Shown here piece by piece: positions 36,032-47,720 of a DNA stretch of 50,339 nucleotides. Origin of the DNA: Octopus sinensis (Eukaryota); contig NW_021834196.1 in the NCBI RefSeq assembly GCF_006345805.1, forward strand, positions 1-50,339, read 5' to 3'. The stretch's first letter is position 1; each line of letters opens with the position of its first letter. The position numbers and the translations under genes are program-made. A model generated the notes under the pieces. That model ran no database searches and had not been told where the DNA came from. It saw only the letters and a list, made by a program, of their open reading frames with translations.

Positions 36032-36240
36032 TTGTGTGTCTGTATTTGTCACCCCACCATCGCTTGACAACCGATGTTGGTGTGTTTACGTCCCGTAACT
36101 TAGCGGTTCGGCAAAAGTGCACGATAGAATAAGTACTAGGCTTACAAAGAATAAGTCCTGGGATCAATTGTTTCGACTAAAGGCGGTGCTCCAGCTTAGC
36201 CACAGTCAAATGACTGAAACAAATAAAAGAATAAAAGAAT
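35815..36240 (+). mobile_element. SINE family A
   Basis: Near full length with internal (CA)/(TA)/(TG). Confidence 0.88.
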
Positions 36241-36299
36241 GTGTATACGTGGTTCTGTTGTCGTGTTGTGCCTGCTGATGTTGTTGACTCGTCTGTTTA

Positions 36300-36432
36300 A
36301 GTACCAAATCCACTCACAAGGCTTTGGTTGGCCGGGGCTATAGTTGAAGACACTCACCCAAGGTACCACACATTGGAGTTGAACCCGGAACCACGTGGTT
36401 GGGAGCATGCTTCTGATCACACAGCCATACCT
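36300..36432 (-). mobile_element. SINE family A 5' half
   Basis: ACCAAATCCACTCACAAGGCTTTGG..GAACCCGGAACCACGTGG..CACACAGCCA. Confidence 0.8.
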
Positions 36433-37269
36433 GCAGCTATTTTCTTATAGTTGCTAGATAAAATCATGTTGTAGGCTTAAGTCAGAAGATCATTTTATAT
36501 TACAACTCTGCCAATAGCCCAGTAAATGCATGGACCTGCTTAGTAAGTGAATTGACTGGGAAGATGACTACTGTCTGTTGACAGGTGAGTTAATATTTTC
36601 CATTTACCTGTGAGAGATCTTTTCGCATCCCATTAACAGGTGAACTTCAACACTCCATGCATTCTCATTGTCAATTGAAAGTGTCGCCTTGATTCACAGG
36701 CGTCATATGAACTTGAAGAGGCACAATTACAGTCAAGCTAAACAGAAACCTCTATAATTTAGTTGTATGTACTTTTATTAAAGTTAACTACACCTGCTGT
36801 TATTGTTAATTTTGTTACTGTTGATGCTGTTACTGATATTGATATTGTAGTTGGTATTTTTGAGTTCTTTTCACTACTGCAGCTGTTGCTTCAAGTGATA
36901 CAGTCGTTGTCTCATATGATGATACTAAAGATTTAAGGTCCAGCCTCCTTTCTTGCTCACTCACACGCACGCACACACACATACACCCTCCACACACACA
37001 CACCGGTTAGTCAAAATGCTAATGTTAATCTCAAAATTACAGTCCCATTCAGTAAAAGATTCTTCCGGATTTCAAGGTGTATAAACTGCTGGAAGCACAA
37101 AACTATCCGCAGGATGGGGCGCCAGTTCATCGGTTTTTAAACCCGTAGTTACAACTGGCACTCATTTTTAGGTGAGTAAATTAAGGTGCGTTAAGTGAAG
37201 TGCTTTGTTCAAGGTCCATAAACGTCGATCGGTTTGACAATCGAACCCAGGATGACAATCCCCTAACCT

Positions 37270-37391
37270 ATATGTCGTTATGTATGTGCATATATATGTG
37301 TGTGTGTACGCACGTATAGTATGATGTATGTATGTAGTATGTATGTATGTATGTATGTATGTATGTATGTATGTATGTATGTATGTATATG

Positions 37392-37425
<34 letters not shown>

Positions 37426-37439
37426 TGTATGTATGTATG

Positions 37440-37522
<83 letters not shown>
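37270..37522. repeat. (GTAT)n/(TA)n microsatellite
   Basis: Direct reading. Confidence 0.95.
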
Positions 37523-37526
<4 letters not shown>

Positions 37527-37712
37527 GCCATGATAGATCGTTAGTCACTACATATATTTTTTCTCTCCTTGTTTTTTCTGTGTCCCTTTCTGTAGAAGAG
37601 CGTAGGCTCGAAACGTAAACGGCTTCTTCTATTCCTGAGCGTTATACTAATACATCTGTTTGTTTTGTACACCACCTGTCTTCGTTTTTTGTTTTTTTCG
37701 TAAACTCTCCCT
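37523..37712 (+). mobile_element. Short PLE-like module with CUGUAGA+A hammerhead-like motif (37585-37622)
   Basis: CCTTT-CTGTAGA-A-GAGC gtag GCTC-GAAA-CG-T-A-AACGG; microsatellites on both sides; homologous to 14361/14831 modules. Confidence 0.65.
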
Positions 37713-37770
<58 letters not shown>

Positions 37771-39174
37771 TGTACTCTGTATTCATGTAAATAACATATA
37801 GTCTATTGACTAAACGCGCTAGGCCACTGGTAATGGAAATTTCTAATATTTCTGATTACCCTTTGATATTATATATATATATATTATATATAAACACTCA
37901 TATATATGTGTGTGTGTGTTTGTATTTTCTAGGGATTTGAACTTAAAGTGGATTTAATTTAACATCACAAGGTGTTTTGTCCACATCTCCAACGATCCTG
38001 CTTGCGACAGACGTATATATGCAAATATGTGTATGCTCAACCTACAACTATGCAAGCGTATACGTGCATATATGTGGAGGATTTAAACATTTCGATTGAT
38101 CTCAAACATAAAACCATTAAGTGTTCGAGATATATTTAGCAAGAAATCACGATATTTATTGCTACGACATTAATTCACATTACTATGAATATGAAAAAGC
38201 AGCGCAAAAAAAAAAAACACACACACACAAAAAACCAAAAACAAAAAATCCATATCAAACACATGGGAAAATAATTATTCAACGCTGAAAGAAGGCTTGT
38301 TTCTGCAAGTCAAATTTGAGACTTGCTTTGTTCTCAAGTTGAACAAACGGGTCTATAATATTTCCATCACAAAATATTGGATGTACAAAGCCGGCACTGA
38401 ATAGTCGTCGTTTAACCGAAACTGAACAGGATGAAATGAAAGAAAAATGATTTTGGATTTGCTAATTTTTCTTAAAGTATAAATGCTTCCAGCTATCTTA
38501 ACTTGCATGATCAAAAAAAAAAAAAAAAAAAAATTCGATCTTTTCGAGGAGTTCTAACATACTCGAAATGAGTCTGTTGCTTTTACTAGTTGTCTTAAAT
38601 AAGAAATTCACTTTTGTTTGTATTGCCTGTATTTTTTCATAAACTTTGGTTTACTGATATTATTGACCACACATACACAAATGCTTCTGTGTAAATATAC
38701 TCAACAGCAATCTTACAAATGTTCAATCTCAATTTTAGGCATATCGTAAATTTAGTAGCTGAATGCGTGTGTGTTTTCGTGTGTATCAAAGTGCTCAGTA
38801 TTTCGTCTTCACTGTAATCTAAATGGTTTGTTGTTTATTTAACCAACAATTGAATAATTAAATAGTGAAATATTTTACGATACTTCCCCACTTCTATTTT
38901 GTCATTTGACAGAAATACCGGCCGAAAGCATCTGGTCTTATTTTCTGGCATATCGTATTCAGGAAGAATTTATTCAGAATATTCACTCATCCAAAGACAG
39001 TACAACGAACGTTCAAAAAGATTTGCTTACTAATTCTACTAGTTCGAGTGAACGAGCAAAGGTTTTTCGTTGACTCGAGAATACGACAATTTCTAGTGTG
39101 ACACATTGCACTCCCATACGATTAAACACTGCATATCAGCGTGTGCTGTATAGTTGTCATCTATTCGTAGACAT

Positions 39175-39210
<36 letters not shown>

Positions 39211-39213
<3 letters not shown>

Positions 39214-39503
39214 GTTAAGGCAGCGGACTCGCGGTTGTAGGATCGTGGTTTCGATTCCCAGACCGGGCGTTTTGAGTGTTTATTGAGCGAAAACACCTAA
39301 AGCTCCACGACGCTCCGGCAGGGGTTGGTGGCGATCCCTGCTGTATTCTTTCGCTACAACTTTCTCTCACTCTTTCTTCTGTTGGCCTGCTCGCTTAGCC
39401 AGCGGGGTGGCGTCACTTGAAGGCTAAAACAATGCAAAGCGCATTGTGACCAGCGATGTGTAGCAACATCTGACAGCCTGGTCGGTCACGGTGATCACGG
39501 TGA
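39211..39503 (+). mobile_element. SINE family B with tail type 1
   Basis: 5'-clipped at (TA)n; otherwise matches 5730 copy. Confidence 0.9.
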
Positions 39504-39504
39504 T

Positions 39505-39536
<32 letters not shown>

Positions 39537-39565
39537 CGAGAAAGAAGCAACAAGAATGGATTAGT

Positions 39566-39656
39566 TTTTAGTACAATTGTTTCATACAAAGACAGGCTTT
39601 ATTAAAAGTTGCAAATATTGCAGCAGATAAAAGTGTCCCGTACTCATCAGCTAAAA
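39566..39656 (-). ncRNA. Type I hammerhead with canonical core and long helix II insertion
   Basis: Minus: TTTTAG-CTGATGA-GTAC..(52 nt)..GTAT-GAAA-CAATTG-T-A-CTAAAA; palindrome ACAATTGT; inside a ~225-bp module between (TA)n tracts. Confidence 0.78.
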
Positions 39657-39782
39657 CACATATGAGTTCTCCAAACATCTTAGTGGGTGAGGCTATATCA
39701 TGAAGTATTGGAGATAGATTTTCATAAAAGCAGATTTGAATCTTAATTGCTTTTATTGTATATATATATATATATATTATAT

Positions 39783-39844
<62 letters not shown>

Positions 39845-40187
39845 ACAATAAATATGTAGGTTACGCCTCGTCGTTCAGTCGATGAATTACGTCCCTTCGG
39901 TATGCTTGATTAGAGCCTAGCTCGCTCTTCACAACATCCATTTTACAATACGTTCACTAGGTGTCTATTTTCACCTTTCATCTTCTATAAGTTTTTCTAT
40001 GCCCTGTGTTTCCTTCCCACTTCCTCGTATTATTAAACAACGGTATTTCCTTATTTTATTATACATTATTATTATACCTTCCCTTTCATGGTTCCTTTTC
40101 TCACATTTATTCACTTTTTTTCTTAATTTCAATTCTATTTACGTTCTTTCATTATTTTTTCCTCCATCCCTTCCGCAATATGATCAT

Positions 40188-40225
<38 letters not shown>

Positions 40226-40868
40226 CACACACACACACACACACACAACACACACACACCACACACACACAAAACACACATGCAGCTATATTGAAAGTTA
40301 GATGATCTATTACTTCCGGTAATTTTGTGTCAGAGGTCGTTACAGTGAGGAGAGAAAAATAACAGGTTGTTTGACTATCTTGAAAAAAATCCAATTTCCA
40401 CCTATATTATATATACTCTATGTCTATCCGTCGGTCTGTCTGTCTTTCTGTCTGTCTGTCTGTTTGTCTGTCTGCTTCCCTGTCTGTCTCTTCCCCCCTC
40501 TCTCTCTTTCTCTCACTCGCTACACGCTTAACATACGCAGAAATATATAAACATACATGTCCATATATTTACATACATGCATACTTATGTGTACGCATAC
40601 ATACACACACACTCGCGCACATACACAAACACACACACACACACGTACACATACACACACACACACGTATAGAAGCACATTTGCACACACTCTAATAGAT
40701 AGTCTTGTATGTTCATTCAAACATTTCAGGCATTTCATCTGGAAGTTTATTAAAGTATTTTTTAAAAAATCAGTTGAGAATGTCTAAATGAACACAGTAC
40801 ACACACACACACACACACACACGCAGACACAACACACACGTAAATATGTATGTATTTTTCTTTTTTTT

Positions 40869-41269
40869 TACTACTCACAAGGAGCTAAACACAGAGGGGA
40901 CAAACAAGGACAGACAAACGGATTAAGTCGATTACATCGACCCCAGTGCGTAACTGGTACTTAATTTATTGACCCCCGAAAGGATGAAAGGCAAAGTCGA
41001 CCTCGGCGGAATTTGAACTCAGAACGTAGCGGCAGACGAAATACTTATCTCTTTACTACCCACAAGGGGCTAAACACAGAGGGGACAAACAAGGACAAAC
41101 AAACGGATTAAGTCGATTATATCGACCCCAGTGTGTACTTAATTTATCAACCCCGAAAGGATGAAAGGCAAAGTCGACCTCGGCGGAATTTGAACTCAGA
41201 ACGTAACGACAGACGAAATACCGCTAAGCATTTCGCCCGGCGTGCTAACGATTCTGCCAGCTCGCCGCC
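40869..41269 (-). mobile_element. Tandem SINE family D dimer
   Basis: Full copy 41046-41269 (head GGCGGCGAGCTGGCAGAATCG) plus 5'-truncated copy 40869-41045. Confidence 0.92.
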
Positions 41270-41289
41270 TCACTGCTAACATTAACAAT

Positions 41290-41685
41290 CTTTTCTACTA
41301 TAGGGACAGGGTCTGAAATTTCGGGAGAGGAGTTAAGTCGATTACATCGACCCCAGCACTCTATTGATTCTTAATTTAGTGACACCGAAAGGATGAAAAC
41401 TAAAATTATACTAGAAAATATTAACCATGATAATAAAAGCAGTGATTGTAAAGACAAAAATCAGAACCGCTACACAACATCGAAACTACAAGAACAAGAA
41501 CAATAATAATAATCCTTTCTACTATAGACACAATGCCTGAAGGGGTTAGTCGATTACATCAATCCTAGAGCTTAAATAGTACCCAGAAAGTATGAAATGC
41601 AGTCAACCATGACGAAATTTGAACCCAGAATGTAAAGGGTCGGAAGAAATGTCGCTAAGCATTTTGTACCATGTACTACCGCCTT
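41290..41685 (-). mobile_element. Two further degenerate SINE family D copies
   Basis: GTCGATTACATC..AAAGGATGAAA and TTTGAACCCAGAATG..GCTAAGCATTTTG motifs. Confidence 0.65.
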
Positions 41686-41941
41686 AACAACAATAACAAT
41701 AACAATTTTCAAAATTTTCGAATAGTTTTTATATTTTTCACCCGAACTCGCAAGCGTTTTTGATAAATGTTTTAAGAAACTGCAGCAGCAAAAATGGTAG
41801 CAACAATGGCATTCTGCTCATGGAAGAAGAGGACGAATTTTCGTAGCTGATAGTTCAAAGTTCAAACTTTAAATTTTGCACTACTGCTATAAAAGCAAAT
41901 GAAAATAGTGGCAAAACAACAACATTATTAGCAACAGCAAC

Positions 41942-42556
41942 GGATCTTTACCTTTTGACCTACAGAATTTGAAAATAATTTTTTGTGACTAAACACTTTC
42001 AAACTTCGGACACTGGTAGAATGTATCATATAAAACATCTTTTACTCTTAGCATTTTTGAGAAAAACTTATATTTACGAAGTTATTCCACATTAAAGTAG
42101 TCGTATTTCGGTAATTTCAACCAACCAATGAGGTGTATTCAGCTGAATAAAATTACTGCCGTTGTTTGTCAACAACTATCGGCGGTGTATTTTTCGTTTG
42201 TCAGTTATTTATGACATCATCCGTGCGTTTGTACTAGTTTTAGCTTTAAGGTTTTAGGGTTAGGGCTAGGGTTATAGGGTTAGGGTTGCCAGTAACAAAG
42301 GAAAAATACACAGCCGGAAGTTGTTGTTGACAAACAACGGCAGTAATTTTATTCAGCTGAATACACGTCATTGATTGGTTGAAATAACTGAAACAGGACT
42401 ACTTTAACTTGAAATAACTTCGTAAATATAAGTTTTTCTCAAAAATGCTAAGAGTAAAAGATGTTTTATATGACACATTCTACCAGTGTCCGAAGTCTGA
42501 AAGTGTTTAGTTACAAAAAATTATTTTTAAATCTGTCGGTCAAAAGGTAAAGATCC
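41942..42556 (+). mobile_element. MITE family 2: fold-back element with ~255-bp TIRs, 8-bp TSD
   Basis: GGATCTTTACCTTTTGACC / GGTCAAAAGGTAAAGATCC; ACAGCAAC on both flanks; arms stay complementary to about 42195/42300; centre has degenerate TTAGGG repeats. Confidence 0.95.
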
Positions 42557-42764
42557 ACAGCAACAGCAGCACTGATGGTGGGACAAAAGAAAAAACACAA
42601 CTAAAAGTTAAACAAGGGTAGCTTTATCAGCTGCAGCGACAGCAATAGCACTGACAGTATCATTAGCTGCACAAAAGAGCAGTAGCAGGGACAACAACAA
42701 CACCATGTCAACAAGGATAGCAACAACGGAAGCATAATATTTATACTGTTAACTGTAATAGTCC

Positions 42765-43444
42765 TTTCTATACAGAGTCTGAAATTATATGGGAGGAAGT
42801 GAGTCGATTTGTAACCTCAGTACTCAACTGGTACTTATTTCAACGACCCAAATGATGAAAGGCGAAGTCGACCTCAGTGGCATTTGAACTCAGAATGTAA
42901 TGACAGAGAAAAATGCCGCTAAGCATTTTGCCCGGAGCACAACCATTTCTGCCAATTCGTCGCCTTGCAGAGTTCAAATTTCGACTAGCAGTTTCGTGGG
43001 AAGTGAAAAGTCGATTAAACAGATCCTAATAGTCAGCTGGTACTTATTTTGTTAACCCCGCAAAAGGATGAACGGCAAAGTCGATTTTTGCAGTATTTGA
43101 ACGTAGAGCGTAAAGACACACGTAATGCTGCTAAGCATTTTGTCCGGCGTAGTAACTATTCTAAGCACTTTGTCCGGCGTAGTAACTATTCTGCTAGCGT
43201 GCCGCCTTACTACTGACATTGTTAATCCTTTCTACTACAGGCACGGGTCCTGAAATTTCGGTGGAAGGGTTAAGTCAATAACATCGATTTCCAGCACCCT
43301 ACTACTGGTACTTAATTTATCGACCCCGAATGGATGAAAGGCAAAGTCGTCGTCGGTGAAATTTGAACTCAGAACGAAGCGACGGGCGAAATACTGCTAA
43401 GCATTTCGTCGAGCGTGCTAACGATTCTGCCAGCTCGTCGCCTT
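42765..43444 (-). mobile_element. Three tandem SINE family D copies
   Basis: About 42765-42968, 42990-43208 (with a local 31-bp duplication at 43131-43192) and 43225-43444. Confidence 0.8.
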
Positions 43445-43859
43445 ACTGCGAACAGTAATAATAACAGCATCAATAGCAAGACATCTTTCACTAGAGTAGC
43501 CTCAGGTTTATAATGTTTATCTAAGGTTGTGGGTGATATCAATGAGAACATCGTTTTGTAGTTCTGATGCTTTTCCTTTTCCTGATATTTGACCATAGCG
43601 GTACTTAAGTACAAATGTTTCTCAAGGAACAGTTTTGGATACCTAATTTTCGCTCTAATAATTTTCAAATGAATTCATTTCATATACATACACCCGTTTG
43701 TAAATAACAATAGGTGGATGACGCTTTTGCATATTTTCCGGGTTTGTTACTTGGCTGTGACTCGATTTTTATTTATGCGCATTTTCTGAAATGATATTAC
43801 TGAAATTCTAATATGAAATACTAGTAGAGTTTTTAAAAATTTCATATCTTCACTGTCAT

Positions 43860-44391
43860 CGTATGTATGTATGTATGTATGTATGTATGTATGTATGTAT
43901 GTATGTATGTATGTATGTATGTATGTATGTATCTATCTATCGATCTATCTGTATATATATATTATATATATCTATAGCATAGCCACAGTCAAATGACTTA
44001 AACAAGTAAAATAATAAAATAATATATATGTGCATGTGTGTGCGTGTGTGCCTGTGTGTGTGCGTGTGTGTGTGTATGTGTATTTGCACGTATGTTATTG
44101 TTAGTGCTACTGTAGTGGTGGTACATGGCCTAGTGGTTAGAGCAGCGGACTCACGGTCGAGGGATCGTGGGTTCGAATGTATGTATGTATGTATGTATGT
44201 ATGTATGTATGTATTTATGTATGTATGTATGCATGCATGCATGCATGCATGTATGTATGTATGTATGTATGTACGTATGTATGTATGTATGTATGTATGT
44301 ATATATATATGTATGCTTGTATGTATGAATGTATGTATGTATGTATTTATGTATGTATGTATGTATGCATGCATGTATGTATGTATGTATG

Positions 44392-44422
<31 letters not shown>

Positions 44423-44482
44423 GTATGTATGTATATATGTATGCTTGTATGTATGTATGTATGTATGTATGTATGTATGCAT
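43860..44482. repeat. (GTAT)n tracts with a SINE B head fragment at 44110-44178
   Basis: Direct reading; GGCCTAGTGGTTAGAGCAGCGGACTCACGG..GGTTCGAAT. Confidence 0.9.
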
Positions 44483-44832
44483 GTAAGTAGGTACTTAGCG
44501 ATATTTTTCTTTGATTTTTCAATTATCCTTAAGTCTTCATACAAAAAAGAAGCTGGTCTGTACCAAGGAATCAAATCGGTTTGGTTGGAAATTGGAATAC
44601 AACGACTACATGCATTATAAGCTGAATTTCAGAAAAATGTTTAGCATGTTTTATTCATCTTATAGGTTGACTGGTTTTGTACAGTGTGTGTGTTAGTAGG
44701 TCATTATTATTGTCCAAAAATCCTAACTCTTCAAGATTGTCAATTAAACATTTTTTAACATGACCAAGTTAAAAAAAATAAATGTTAGCAACATTTTCAT
44801 GGCCGTCTGTCAGCGTGTCTGTCTGTCTCTGT

Positions 44833-44874
<42 letters not shown>

Positions 44875-45024
44875 CACACACACAATATGTATATATATAT
44901 TTATGTGTATGTGTGAAATTGTGTGCATGTGTGGTTGTAAACGTGTATATATATATAAAACTGACGTATATGCATAAACGTACAAATAATACTAAGAATC
45001 ATATATACATATTTACATAGAATA

Positions 45025-45061
<37 letters not shown>

Positions 45062-45178
45062 AATAGTAAAAAGTGAAAAAACTACTCAAGGCTTGTTTTA
45101 TAAGGTTAAAGAATATATTTGAGTCATTATGTTGGAAGAATGTTATAACATTTTTTCATACAGTAACATAGTTTTTGA

Positions 45179-45215
45179 AGAAATTACCGGTTTCGTGTTA
45201 ACTTTTCAAATTTCT
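45179..45215 (-). ncRNA. Minimal type I hammerhead, U3-A8 core variant
   Basis: Minus: AGAAAT-TTGAAAA-GT taac AC-GAAA-CCGG-T-A-ATTTCT; perfect 6-bp helix I, G10.1-C11.1, palindrome ACCGGT, GUA site. Confidence 0.78.
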
Positions 45216-45346
45216 CAAGTGTCTTTACGTACATGGTGTTATGTCTTCGTTATGAAGTGCAAAGAAGAGTTCCAGGTAGGGGGAGGTAATGAGCGATTTC
45301 TTCCGGTATAAGGGAGATAATCGCTTTATATTTCTTTTCCCTTTAT

Positions 45347-45610
45347 CTAAAGGGGTGAGTTTCTCTGTATAAGAATGTTCGAGTGGTTAAGTTTGGGTTT
45401 ATATTTTTCAATGAAGAATGTTTCCTTGTTTAATCTAATTTGTGTTGGTGTTCCAATAGCACATTGATAGAATGAAAAGATTAAAAATTGTGGTAGTAGT
45501 TGCTTTGCGCATTTCTCAATATGCTCACTAAAGGGTATCATTCTGTATTCTGGGAATGCAATCTGTTGTCGATGCAGAGTGCATCTACGTCTGAGTGATA
45601 GTCCCGTACA
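45347..45610 (-). pseudogene. PLE GIY-YIG endonuclease C-terminal half
   Basis: TGLSLRRRCTLHRQQIAFPEYRMIPFSEHIEKCAKQLLPQFLIFSFYQCAIGTPTQIRLNKETFFIEKYKPKLN: (YIG)xTGxSLRxRxxxH..EH..R..KE..FI..Y.P.LN pattern. Confidence 0.88.
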
Positions 45611-45654
45611 TATATATATATACACATGTATGTATATATTCAACACGCACAAAC

Positions 45655-45686
<32 letters not shown>

Positions 45687-46504
45687 ATATATTCAACACG
45701 CACAAACACAGGGACCTTCACAGAAAAAAATAAGGTAGATATGCACACATATAAGCACATATACGCTGATATATATGGACATACATACAGAGTTACATAA
45801 GCACCTGAATGCAAGAAAGTATACCTAACCATGCATACATCAAAAATAGCACCCGTCCAACCCCATCTCCCACACGCACAGAGGTTCATACACTTTAGGG
45901 CAATGCAGTTCTTTAGAGAAAGTTCAGTGAAGAGATTTCCTTGAGATGGTAATAATATAACGGAAAGGACAAATAGCAATTGGGTGAGAAAAAAAAAACA
46001 ACATTTTCTTTTAAATGAAAACTCAATGGCAGACGACCGCCTTGTCGTTGCTATTGCTGACATTTTCAGAACTTGCTTTTGCCTCTGATATTTTTTTATT
46101 CTGCTGCTTGTTTTATTAATCTTCTGGTGTGTAGTGTAGATTTTCTTTATTCATGTTGGTGTTGCTAACATTCTTTTATATGCTGCTTCCTATATTGTTC
46201 TAGTTTGTGTAATTTTTCTTTCATTTTTTTGGTCATATTATTGGTGCTAATATTTACGGCTTTTCTCTTATAACATCTTTTTATATATTTTTTATTCCTT
46301 TATATGTCCGTGACTCTAACTTTCTCTCTCTCCCATTCTCTTTTTTTCCCTCTTTACATCTTCCTCTTCTCTCATGAACTTTCTCTTCCTATTTATCTTT
46401 TCACATCCATTTCTTTAACGTTTATCTTGATATACATACATGCATACACATACACACAAACATATATTATACACTAGTGTAGTACTCATCAACATTCTTT
46501 TAAA

Positions 46505-46620
46505 TATTCTTTTCTATTCTAGGCACAAGGCCCGACATTTTTTGGGGAGGAGGGGGGCAGTCGATTAGATCGACCACAGTACACAACTGGTACTTGATTT
46601 ATCGACCGCAAAAGGATGAA
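46505..46620 (-). mobile_element. SINE family D 3' part
   Basis: CTTTTCTATTCTAGGCACAAGGCCCGA..GTCGATTAGATCGACC..ACTGGTACTTGATTTATCGACC. Confidence 0.75.
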
Positions 46621-46621
46621 A

Positions 46622-46753
46622 GGAAAAGCACTGCTTGGAACTGCTCGAATACTCCGGAACGTGCTCGAAAAATATGAGGTGTTACCTTAGTTCACTGGTG
46701 GTGAGCAGCTGATACCGTAGTTACATCTCCAGCGTTAGAAGCTGTGCAAAGGC

Positions 46754-46791
<38 letters not shown>

Positions 46792-46815
46792 TAATAATAA
46801 TAATAATAATAATAA

Positions 46816-46866
<51 letters not shown>

Positions 46867-46880
46867 TATAATAATAATAA
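46622..46880 (+). pseudogene. R4/Dong-like RLE retrotransposon extreme 3' end with (AAT)n tail
   Basis: KALLGTARILRNVLE then stop at 46688-90, short UTR, long (AAT)n; LLGTARILRKVL is the typical R4/Dong C-terminus. Confidence 0.8.
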
Positions 46881-46899
46881 CAGTAGTCATTTCATTATC

Positions 46900-47164
46900 C
46901 TTATCACCAACCTCCTCGGCCTCCCCGTCCTCCTCGTCGTCGTCCTCCTCGTCGTCGTCCTCCGCCTCCTCCTCCTTCCTCTTCCTCCTTCTCCTTGTCA
47001 TCATTATCATTGCCATCCTTATCCAGATCGTGTTGACTATTATTGTCGTGAGCGTCATCTACACTACCAGAATCGCATTATTATAAGCATAAACTCCTCC
47101 TCCTCCCTATCATCGTCATAATCATCGTCATCCATCATCATCATCATCATCATCGTCATCGTCA

Positions 47165-47233
<69 letters not shown>

Positions 47234-47275
47234 CCGTCGTCGCCGTCGTCAGCATCGACAACGCCGCTAATAGTG
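46900..47275. repeat. (CCT)/(GTC)/(ATC) low-complexity tract
   Basis: Direct reading; source of poly-Asp/Thr ORFs. Confidence 0.9.
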
Positions 47276-47519
47276 GCAATAACAAAAAGTAGAAAAGAAA
47301 GAATTATAAGCATTACAAAAGGAACCCCCGACCCCACCTGTCACCAAAAAAAAAAAAGTGACAGGAAAGCACCAATCACTCAACCAACAGCAAAAACAAA
47401 CAAATCGCAAACCCTAACAAATCAATAAAACACTAAATAGAACACCCTCCCTCCCATACACGCACAATACACATCTTCAATGTTATAATCAATAGCTTTC
47501 AATTGATAGAGTCTTTCCT

Positions 47520-47720
47520 CAAGGCCACTTCGGCCCCACCAGCACCACCACTACCATCACTACTACCACCACTACCGCCGCCGCCGATGCCACCACCACC
47601 ACCACCACCACCACCATCGCCACTACTACTACCGCCGCCGCCGCCGCCGCATCTCAAAACATCACTCCGGAGAAATTAAGGTGGATCGCCGCCATTTTTC
47701 ACCCTCACCCGAATCTCCTA
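47520..47720 (-). promoter_or_regulatory. CpG-rich (GCC/ACC)n block with YY1-type motif; possible 5' end of a minus-strand gene
   Basis: CGCCGCCATTTT at 47687-47698 (AAAATGGCGGCG on minus), opening a 13-codon uORF-like frame; inference only. Confidence 0.35.

Larger units (their letters stand above)
45062..45610 (-). mobile_element. 5'-truncated Penelope-like element between (TA)n tracts
   Basis: GIY-YIG C-terminus followed about 130 nt downstream by a hammerhead motif. Confidence 0.85.

Noticed and set aside
36520-39100. Isolated strong splice signals (36582 donor; acceptors near 38420 minus and 38912 plus)
   Set aside because: No paired sites with a recognisable reading frame; expected by chance in 50 kb.
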